This document shows positions 56,830-64,000 of a DNA stretch of 64,000 bases, one piece after another. A program made the position numbers and the translations under genes. Within the stretch, counting starts at the first letter, position 1. Each line of letters starts with the position of its first letter. The notes under the pieces are model-generated. The model was not told the DNA's origin. It saw only the letters and a program-made list of their open reading frames with translations, and searched no databases. Source of the DNA: Hymenobacter sublimis (lineage in GTDB: Bacteria > Bacteroidota > Bacteroidia > Cytophagales > Hymenobacteraceae); the NCBI RefSeq assembly GCF_023101345.1, contig NZ_CP095848.1:2485297-2549296 (forward strand), written 5' to 3'.

Positions 56830-57396
56830 ATGCTTTACGCGGTAAAGTACACTGGCCCTTTTGGCTACCTCAAGCCTTGGACGGCGGTAAGAGATGGAGA
56901 GACCTATTCCCAACAGTTTCTCACCCCTTCTGTAATTGAAGGAATGCGCCAGAAGTTAGGGGTGGCGCAGATTCTACGGCACCGGCTGAGCTATGATACC
57001 TTGAGCCAACAGCAAGAGGTAGTTCATGCGCGGGCTTTCAAAGAAGAAAAGCGTACGGGTCGGATTCTGGGGCGTGACCGGGGGATCCTACTACGTAATG
57101 TGCTGCTAAATCCGGTGCTGCACCTGGCTTTCTCGACGCGAGAAGATGCTGAACGAGCAGCGCGACAACACTTGTGCCTTTGTCGTAACGAGGACCTTGT
57201 ACTGCCCACGGGGCCAATACAAGAGCTTTCCCAGGAAGGGTTTGAGGCCCTGGACGGATTCGAGCTGCACTTTACTGAAGACGGCACCAGTGAAGGAAGC
57301 TTTCTAGTTGGCTTCAACCGCTTCACTGGCAACGCGCCAATGTACGGGCAGCTTTCCATCACGGGCCGCGCGGTTCGTTATCTGCCGCAGTCATGA
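56830..57396 (+). CDS. cas5: Cas5-family protein (short, 188 aa)
   Basis: N-terminal Cas5 signature 'YTGPFGYLKPWTAVRDGETYSQQFLTPSVIEGMRQKLG'. Confidence 0.55.
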   Translation: MLYAVKYTGPFGYLKPWTAVRDGETYSQQFLTPSVIEGMRQKLGVAQILRHRLSYDTLSQQQEVVHARAFKEEKRTGRILGRDRGILLRNVLLNPVLHLAFSTREDAERAARQHLCLCRNEDLVLPTGPIQELSQEGFEALDGFELHFTEDGTSEGSFLVGFNRFTGNAPMYGQLSITGRAVRYLPQS

Positions 57397-59552
57397 GTGC
57401 ATCTGTTACTGCGCTGCGGGCTAAAAGTCCCGAAAATGGCGGTTTGCTGCTCGCCGACCATCTGCTTCACGTAGCCGAAGCCGCCGAAGCCATTGCACAT
57501 GGCCGAAATCTTAATCCGGAACTGGCTCGGCTTGGGGGCTTGCTACATGACATTGGCAAAGCTCATCCTGAGTTTCAGCGCCGCCTAACTGCTAAGCGTA
57601 CCCCGGCCGACAAACCTTTTCGGCACGAGTTGGCGTCGTTATTCTTCCTGCCCCTATTGCCTCAGATACAATGGGAGCCGCTATTTGACATGTTGGTAGC
57701 GCACCATAAATCATTGGCTCGCGACTCATCAGGCTATGGCTTGTATGATTTCGACCAGATGGGCGAGAACTTTGAGAAAACGCATCTGGACGCGCCAGCC
57801 CAGCGGTGGGAAGAATGGTCGGGGCCGGCGTTGGCGGTCCTGACGGAAGTAGGAATAGCCACAAAACCCATCAGCCGAGCAGAAGCCTTAACAGCATTTG
57901 AATGGTGTACGGAGCGCGCCTACGCGCTGATTGAAGGCCGGGTACTGGGCTGGTCGCCGTGGAAAGGACTACTGGTGGCAGCTGACCATCTGGCCTCAGC
58001 CCTGCAGCAGCGCACCACACTGGCTCTGCCACGCTTATTCCGCTCGCCCGATTTGGCGCCCTTTGCTGGGACGCATCCGCTTTATCCCTTATCAACCAAG
58101 CAAACTACCGACGAGGGCAAGCCACACACGCTGGTAACGGCGCCTACCGGCGCAGGCAAGACAAACTACCTGCTGCGCCGTTGCCGGGGACGGGTGTTTT
58201 ATACGTTGCCGTTTCAGGCTTCTATCAATGCCATGTGGCGCCGCATTGGGGAAGCGTTGCAGGAGCAGGAAGTAGATGTGCGGCTACTACACGGCTCGTC
58301 GCGGGTAGTAGCATACCAAGCTAAAGAGGAAGAAAAAGCCCTGCAGGACAAAGTAGGGGCAGCTGTGAAGGTGCTTACGCCGCACCAGCTGATGGGCATC
58401 GTGTTTGCCACGCGAGGCTATGAGAGTTTACTGCTTGACTTGCAAGGCGCTGATGTTATCCTGGACGAGATTCACACTTACGGCGCCCTTACCCAAGCCA
58501 TTCTGTTCCGGTTGGTGGAGGCGCTACACGGTATCGGCTGCCGGGTCCACGTAGGCACGGCTACCATGCCCACAGCTCTTTACGACCAGGTACTAGCGCT
58601 GCTTGGTGGGCCGGAGGCCACGCGCATCACCACCCTTACCGAAGAAGAGCTGGACACCTATGACCGCCACACTGTGCACAAGCTACCCGATTGGGACGCA
58701 ACTCGCGCCGTGCTGGCGGAGCAGTTGCAGGCCGGCGCTAAGGTGCTAATTGTGCGTAACCGGGTAAAGGACGCCCAACAGCTTTACCACGACTTGCAGG
58801 AGCTATACCCGGACACGCCCAAGATGCTGCTCCACAGTCGGTATCGTCGGATGGACCGGGCCGAGCTTGAAAATCAATTAAAAAAGGAGTTTGACGAGCA
58901 GCCGGGCCCTTGTATCGTGGTAGCCACGCAGGTAGTGGAAGTAAGCCTGGATATCAGCTTTGATTGCATGCTGACCGATACGGCCCCTGTTGATGCCTTG
59001 GTCCAGCGTTTCGGGCGCGTAAACCGCCGTCGGCTGGAGCCGGCGCAACGTAAGCTGCAACCTGTGTACGTAGTGGCCCCACCCACGACCAAAACGGCTG
59101 CCCGACCCTATGACGTGGACGTACTGCAACGCACCTACGACCTGCTACCCGACCAAGGCATTGTATTGCGCGAGCGGGACTTGGCCGGCTTGATTGATGC
59201 CGTGTACCCCACAGTAGAACTGACCTCGCTGGACGGCTTCGCCCGCTTTCGTAATGGCCAGTTTTTGTTGCCGCTGCTCACCCACGAACCGAAGTCGGTG
59301 CTGCTGGATTTGCTGGAAATTGATTCAGTTACGGGCGTGTGGCTGCGAGACTACGAAGCTTATTCACAGGCCTCGCCCGACGAGCGGCCCCGCTTTGAAA
59401 TTCCGCTGAACTACCGGGATGCTCAACGAGCCAAACTGCGCCAGCACCCGCACGGCAACAATCCCTATCTGATTGATGAGCAAGCCTACTCACCCGAAAC
59501 AGGCCTGCACATGGAGCGGCTGCTAGCCGAAACCGGCTATGAATTCCTTTAA
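57393..59552 (+). CDS. cas3: Cas3 (fused HD nuclease + DEAD/DEAH-box helicase)
   Basis: HD domain 'HLLHVAE...LLHDIGKAHPEF...VAHHK'; helicase motifs 'TAPTGAGKT', 'LDEIHTY' and C-terminal 'VATQVVEVSLD'. Confidence 0.9.
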   Translation: MSASVTALRAKSPENGGLLLADHLLHVAEAAEAIAHGRNLNPELARLGGLLHDIGKAHPEFQRRLTAKRTPADKPFRHELASLFFLPLLPQIQWEPLFDMLVAHHKSLARDSSGYGLYDFDQMGENFEKTHLDAPAQRWEEWSGPALAVLTEVGIATKPISRAEALTAFEWCTERAYALIEGRVLGWSPWKGLLVAADHLASALQQRTTLALPRLFRSPDLAPFAGTHPLYPLSTKQTTDEGKPHTLVTAPTGAGKTNYLLRRCRGRVFYTLPFQASINAMWRRIGEALQEQEVDVRLLHGSSRVVAYQAKEEEKALQDKVGAAVKVLTPHQLMGIVFATRGYESLLLDLQGADVILDEIHTYGALTQAILFRLVEALHGIGCRVHVGTATMPTALYDQVLALLGGPEATRITTLTEEELDTYDRHTVHKLPDWDATRAVLAEQLQAGAKVLIVRNRVKDAQQLYHDLQELYPDTPKMLLHSRYRRMDRAELENQLKKEFDEQPGPCIVVATQVVEVSLDISFDCMLTDTAPVDALVQRFGRVNRRRLEPAQRKLQPVYVVAPPTTKTAARPYDVDVLQRTYDLLPDQGIVLRERDLAGLIDAVYPTVELTSLDGFARFRNGQFLLPLLTHEPKSVLLDLLEIDSVTGVWLRDYEAYSQASPDERPRFEIPLNYRDAQRAKLRQHPHGNNPYLIDEQAYSPETGLHMERLLAETGYEFL

Positions 59553-59564
59553 TCCACTTCGCCG

Positions 59565-60905
59565 ATGATTACTGCCGTTATCGGCCGCCAGTTTCTGGCC
59601 GCCTACAATGCCGCCCACGGACTCAGCCTAAGTGTGGCTGAATATTTCGAGGAACGGTTTATCCCGCTGTTTTTCGACCACCCAAAGTATATCATGCATG
59701 GCGGTAATTCCCGGCTCAGTAATCCACCCTTCAAAAAAGGCCAATATCCTGATGCTACCGACCGCAACAAACGCATTGGTGAGTTGCTGAAATTTATTCG
59801 GGAAGACCCGGCAGGCTCAAGCCCGGTAGGTTTTCCGAGTACTGACGTGCTGGCTACTACATCGGGGCAAGTAAGTGGAGCCACCATGCCTATTTCGGCT
59901 GATGAGGTAATGCTTTCGTGGGTGGGAGGCGCATTAGGCGTGGGTGTACAGGGCGCTTTGTCGCTGCTGATACCCGTGCCGGAAGTGCTGCTGGCTTTGG
60001 AGCAAGGCTGGCACGTATATCGTCGCTTGCTCACGGACCGCCACGAACTGCGTCCTAACCAAGTGAACACTTGGAATGGCCAGTGGCTACGCAGTTATAA
60101 TGCAAGCTTAGGAGCCCAGAATGGAGAACTGTTGCCTGCTGATGCTTTTTCGGTTGACAAAGGCATCATGAGCGCCGAAACTGCGCCCTGGACGGATGTG
60201 CTGCTGTCCTTGGTGAAACTGCTGCCGCCCACGGCTCGCACCCAAACCGTGTACGTGTACAACCTTGGCCAAACCAACACGACCGTGGGCTTCGTGCCCG
60301 TGGATTTGATGGGCATTCGTAAGCCGTTCGACTTATACCGGAAGTTATTTGGGGAGGGTGAATACACCAGCAACCGCAGCTTTATTCAGAATCTGTTTGG
60401 GTCGGGCTTCGGCTTCCGCAAAGCCTGTCAAGCCGGCGCCATCGGTACCTACGCTCTGCTGCCGAAGGGCCTGCGCGGCTTGATGCCCGCCACCAAGCCC
60501 GGCGAAAAAACCAAACTTCCCGATTACAGCAAAAACGACAATTCGCTCTTAGTTACTTACCACGTTTACATTTCCTGGTTACTCGCCATGCTCAATGATG
60601 AAACCCTTTGGTCGCGCGCGGAAGAAGCTGCCGACCTGCTGGTGCTGCACAGAAGTGCCGGCAAAAAACTCAGCCGCGGCAATGCTAATGCGGTAGATGA
60701 CGTGTTGCAGGCGGGCAACCGCCGCAATTTCATTGCTGCCCTCACTACGGTGGTAGAAAATGCCCCAACCGACACGCTCGACAAGTTCAAGAGTCTGGCG
60801 CAGCGTGTGGATACCATGCCGCCCGACAACTTTCCCTATTTCCTGACGCTGGTGCGGTTCTGCTACGCGCTGGCTGACCGTCAACAGGCGGCTACTCCCG
60901 CGTAA
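59565..60905 (+). CDS. Candidate Cascade large subunit (Cas8-like; its 446-aa size is closer to Cas8u2 than to Cas8b/Cas8c)
   Basis: Position between cas3 and cas7; no motif I can recognise by eye. Confidence 0.4.
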   Translation: MITAVIGRQFLAAYNAAHGLSLSVAEYFEERFIPLFFDHPKYIMHGGNSRLSNPPFKKGQYPDATDRNKRIGELLKFIREDPAGSSPVGFPSTDVLATTSGQVSGATMPISADEVMLSWVGGALGVGVQGALSLLIPVPEVLLALEQGWHVYRRLLTDRHELRPNQVNTWNGQWLRSYNASLGAQNGELLPADAFSVDKGIMSAETAPWTDVLLSLVKLLPPTARTQTVYVYNLGQTNTTVGFVPVDLMGIRKPFDLYRKLFGEGEYTSNRSFIQNLFGSGFGFRKACQAGAIGTYALLPKGLRGLMPATKPGEKTKLPDYSKNDNSLLVTYHVYISWLLAMLNDETLWSRAEEAADLLVLHRSAGKKLSRGNANAVDDVLQAGNRRNFIAALTTVVENAPTDTLDKFKSLAQRVDTMPPDNFPYFLTLVRFCYALADRQQAATPA

Positions 60906-60940
60906 TCAACTCTTGGTCTTTAGTCTTTACTTTTTTCTAT

Positions 60941-62008
60941 ATGAATTCTTTTCTCTACCTCCGGGGCCTCAAGTCTGCTTCGCACACTGTGTTTGGCGTC
61001 AGCCAGGGACAGAAATATTACTACGACCCGCAATTTTCTACCCGAATGCCTTATTCCAGCGGCCAACAGGTGAAACGCTCGGTGCTGGAAGTATTTTTAG
61101 CGGAATTAGGCCTGTCGCCCGCACCCGTTACGTTCGTGTCCAACCTCGATAAGAACGGCAAGCTTGGCGAAGGTGAACCGTGGTCGGCATGCGACCCGCG
61201 GCACCCTGACCAACTCGTTGGCGGCTGGATGCGAGCCCAAAAAGGTGGTGACAACCGCACGTTGAAAAGGCGTAGCCCACTTTCTATCTCGGCCATGCGC
61301 CCCCTGCATCCTTTGCTAGCCGGCATGAGCAGCGAGAACATCACGTTTGACCGCAGCGACCGGCCTACTCTACACAAGGTCATTGTGCGGGACGCCGATA
61401 ATAAGGAGTTAAGCGAGGAAGAACTAGCTGCTTTGTTAAAAGGTACCGACCGGAGCGTGTTGCGGAAGTGGATTCCTGAAAATACCCGCGCCAGTGGCCT
61501 ATTCGTGTATGATGTAGCCGTGGACATGCGCACCCTGTTTTGCGTGTCGACCAACGACACGGAGCCGGAAGTGACGCCCGCCATTCGCGAAGCCCTGCAA
61601 GCTACTGGGTGGCAACCGGGCGTGAATTCCTTCGGACCGTGCCTAGTGTGCCCGCCGGAGCAGCGCGAGAAGCTAATTCCCGCTCTGGCTAAAGCCCTGC
61701 TCGACTGGCGCATTCTCACCAACCAAAGTCGCACGTTTGATTTGATGAAGACGTTGGCCGTTGCCGTTTCCGACAACGCCAACGCCATCGGGGCCGCCAT
61801 CCGGGCGAAGCTGGTACCCGAATCAGAAGGCAGCGAGCGGCCGAAAGCTCGCCCTGTGCTCGAACAAGTAAATGGCGTGGACTTGTTTATTACGCCTAGC
61901 GCCGCCGAATACGTCTTTACGGAAGAAGAACGCGCCGATGCGCTATCTGACGCCGAGCAAGAAATAGCACGCCGGCTGCGGGCATTCAGCTACGAGCAGC
62001 AAGTATAA
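60941..62008 (+). CDS. cas7: Candidate Cas7 backbone subunit
   Basis: 'PYSSGQQVKRSVLEVF' resembles the Cas7 'PGSSxKG' loop; operon position. Confidence 0.5.
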   Translation: MNSFLYLRGLKSASHTVFGVSQGQKYYYDPQFSTRMPYSSGQQVKRSVLEVFLAELGLSPAPVTFVSNLDKNGKLGEGEPWSACDPRHPDQLVGGWMRAQKGGDNRTLKRRSPLSISAMRPLHPLLAGMSSENITFDRSDRPTLHKVIVRDADNKELSEEELAALLKGTDRSVLRKWIPENTRASGLFVYDVAVDMRTLFCVSTNDTEPEVTPAIREALQATGWQPGVNSFGPCLVCPPEQREKLIPALAKALLDWRILTNQSRTFDLMKTLAVAVSDNANAIGAAIRAKLVPESEGSERPKARPVLEQVNGVDLFITPSAAEYVFTEEERADALSDAEQEIARRLRAFSYEQQV

Positions 62009-62038
62009 ACCCCATCAGCTATCCTGGCTCTGCTTCGC

Positions 62039-62575
62039 GTGGAGCCAGGATTCTTTTTTGCTTCTATGCGCACCATCACCGCCACCCACGTCAAGTACTA
62101 CCACGTCTGCCACCGCAAACTGTGGCTGTTCGACCGTGATTTGTGGATGGAGCATACCTCCGAGGCCGTAGCGGGCGGCGAGCTATTACACCAGACAGCT
62201 TACCCACAGCGGGCTGAGCGGTATAAGGAAGTCAGTATTGGCGGCAGCAAGATTGATTTCTATGATCCGCATCGGCGTGTTATTCACGAAATCAAAACAT
62301 CGCAGAAGCTAGAAGAATCACACATTGCTCAACTCAAGTACTATCTCTGGCTGCTGGAGGAAGCCGGCGTGGAAGGCCCTACGGCCCTATTGGAATACCC
62401 GAAGCTTCGTCAAACGCTGGCCGTTGCTCTCACCCCTGCTGACCGGGCAGATATTCCGCAATGGCTAACTCGTATTCAGCAGCTGCAATCCGATAACACG
62501 CCTTGTCCGCCTACTATCAATAAGCCTTTCTGCCGACAGTGTAGTTACTACGAGTTTTGCTATGTGGGCGAGTGA
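62039..62575 (+). CDS. cas4: Cas4 (RecB-like nuclease with Fe-S cysteine cluster)
   Basis: N-terminal Cys in 'YYHVCHRKLW'; C-terminal 'CPPTINKPFCRQCSYYEFC' four-Cys cluster; 'DPHRRVIHEIKTSQK' nuclease core. Confidence 0.8.
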   Translation: MEPGFFFASMRTITATHVKYYHVCHRKLWLFDRDLWMEHTSEAVAGGELLHQTAYPQRAERYKEVSIGGSKIDFYDPHRRVIHEIKTSQKLEESHIAQLKYYLWLLEEAGVEGPTALLEYPKLRQTLAVALTPADRADIPQWLTRIQQLQSDNTPCPPTINKPFCRQCSYYEFCYVGE

Positions 62576-62659
62576 GTGGTACAATAGGGCTAGGTGTCTG
62601 GTTTTATGTGAAATGAGATTTGTGCCGCCTTTCTAAAAGGAATCAGCTTAATTAATGAT

Positions 62660-63667
62660 ATGAGGAAGACATACTATCTGTTCAATCCTGGCCGGTTGAG
62701 CCGGAAGGACAATACTTTACAATACACCGCTTACGATGAGCAAGGCTTACCCGGACAAGTGAAGTATTTGCCCATAATGGATGTGGCAGATCTCTACGTG
62801 TTCGGTTCACTCGATGCTAACTCCAGCCTCTACAACTTCCTAGGTAAGAACGGCGTCTCAGTGCACTTTTTCGACTACTACGAGCACTATACCGGTTCGT
62901 TCATGGCCAAGGAGTACCTGCTGGCAGGCAAGCTTCAGGTGCAGCAAACTCAACATTACACGTCTAAAACCAAGCGCATTGCTCTCGCCCGCAAGTTTGT
63001 GGAGGGTTCCGCGTTCAATCTACTCAAGAACCTACGTTATTACCAGAGCCGCGGCCGGGACGTAGCCGCTCACATCGATCAGATAGAGGGCTACGTGGCT
63101 GCCCTACCGTTCGCCAATGCCGTACCTGAGCTCATGGGGCTGGAAGGCAACATTCGTCAGACCTACTACAGCGGCTTCGACCGGCTGGTACCTACCGATT
63201 ACGCTTTCGGCACGCGTACCACTCAACCGCCTCAAAACGAACTTAACGCACTTATGTCGTTTGGCAACATGCTCTGCTACTCGGCCTGTCTTTCGCAGAT
63301 CTATCATACGCAGCTCAACCCTACCATTAGCTTTTTGCACGAGCCTGGTACTCGCCGGTTCTCGCTGGCCTTAGATCTTGCTGAGATTTTCAAGCCCCTG
63401 CTAGTAGATCGTCTGATTTTCCGGGTACTCAACAAGCGAGAAATTCGCCCCAATGATTTTGTGCAGGACCTAGGCCGCTGCGTACTGAAAGAACCCGCGA
63501 AGAAAACTGTGGTACGCGTTTTTGAAGAGCGCCTGAAGGAAACAATTCAACACCGTAGCCTCAAGCGTAGCGTCAGTTACCAGCACTTAATCAAGCTTGA
63601 GTGCTACAAGCTCACTAAGCACTTAATGCAGATGGAAGAATACAAACCCTTTAAAGCGTGGTGGTAA
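62660..63667 (+). CDS. cas1: Cas1 integrase
   Basis: 'YYLFNPGRLSRKDNTLQY' N-terminus; 'SFGNMLCYSACLSQIY' and 'HEPGTRRFSLALDLAEIFKP' core; 335 aa. Confidence 0.9.
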   Translation: MRKTYYLFNPGRLSRKDNTLQYTAYDEQGLPGQVKYLPIMDVADLYVFGSLDANSSLYNFLGKNGVSVHFFDYYEHYTGSFMAKEYLLAGKLQVQQTQHYTSKTKRIALARKFVEGSAFNLLKNLRYYQSRGRDVAAHIDQIEGYVAALPFANAVPELMGLEGNIRQTYYSGFDRLVPTDYAFGTRTTQPPQNELNALMSFGNMLCYSACLSQIYHTQLNPTISFLHEPGTRRFSLALDLAEIFKPLLVDRLIFRVLNKREIRPNDFVQDLGRCVLKEPAKKTVVRVFEERLKETIQHRSLKRSVSYQHLIKLECYKLTKHLMQMEEYKPFKAWW

Positions 63668-63668
63668 G

Positions 63669-63932
63669 ATGTATGTATTGCTGGTATATGATATCCGCGA
63701 GAAGCGCGTGGGCAAAATGCTCAAACTCTGTCGTCGCTACCTAAATTGGATTCAAAACTCGGTTTTCGAGGGCGAAATAACCGAAGTAAAACTTAAGGAG
63801 TTACTGGCCAAAGCCCATAACTTCCTAGATACTGACGAAGACAGCGTATTAATTTTCAAAAGTCGTAGTCAGCAGTGGCTGGAAAAGCAGGTAGTGGGCC
63901 AGGAAAAGAACAAGTTGGACACGTTTTTATAA
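63669..63932 (+). CDS. cas2: Cas2
   Basis: 'MYVLLVYDIREKRVGKMLKLCRRYLNWIQNSVFEGEIT'; 87 aa. Confidence 0.85.
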   Translation: MYVLLVYDIREKRVGKMLKLCRRYLNWIQNSVFEGEITEVKLKELLAKAHNFLDTDEDSVLIFKSRSQQWLEKQVVGQEKNKLDTFL

Positions 63933-64000
63933 GTGAAATAGGTCGTCGGTGCACTGGTTGATCGTATTATTTGAGCATTAATCACACAGTACAAAGTATA

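Noticed and set aside
63933-64000. CRISPR array downstream of cas2
   Set aside because: Only ~68 bp of AT-rich, non-repetitive sequence is visible before the window ends. This is consistent with a leader, but no repeat can be verified.

Overview
High-GC chromosomal window, probably from a Bacteroidetes/Cytophagia-like (Hymenobacter-like) genome; the taxon call is inferred from GC content, LytS/LytTR and PAS-kinase families and promoter style. Most of the window is dense with signal-transduction genes: one large hybrid PAS/GAF histidine kinase with receiver and Hpt domains, four paralogous PAS sensor kinases, a LytS/LytTR pair and two stand-alone receivers. It also carries stress and housekeeping genes (Dps, OsmC, MOSC, PspA, flotillin with a YqiJ/NfeD-like partner, SDR, HDAC-family, MBL-fold hydrolase, NFACT/DUF814, tRNA-Leu).

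Three regions stand out. (1) At about 11.3-16.1 kb on the minus strand, a Ro60-like TROVE+vWA gene (rsr) and an RtcB RNA ligase gene flank an ~1.1 kb non-coding stretch. This stretch holds about six tandem, non-identical repeat units that contain tRNA-like T-arm, D-arm and acceptor-like modules, enclosed by conserved 5' and 3' boxes. I interpret this as an array of Y-RNA-like (YrlA/YrlB-type) ncRNA genes in an Rsr-Y RNA-RtcB RNA-repair locus, with no RtcR-type regulator in view. (2) At 28-39 kb, a membrane-stress or microdomain cluster (PspA, small membrane protein, YqiJ/NfeD-like, flotillin) is followed by a hairpin-flanked DUF559 cassette. Then comes a 1,667-aa protein of unknown function with a C-terminal P-loop ATPase, which also carries an in-frame MITE-like palindromic insertion. 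(3) At 56.1-63.9 kb there is a complete type I CRISPR-Cas gene set in an unusual order (cas6-cas5-cas3-large subunit-cas7-cas4-cas1-cas2). No CRISPR array lies inside the window; an AT-rich leader-like sequence starts right after cas2 at the window edge. Several families of palindromic or MITE-like repeats are scattered in intergenic regions. The many long ORFs antisense to real genes are GC-driven shadow ORFs.
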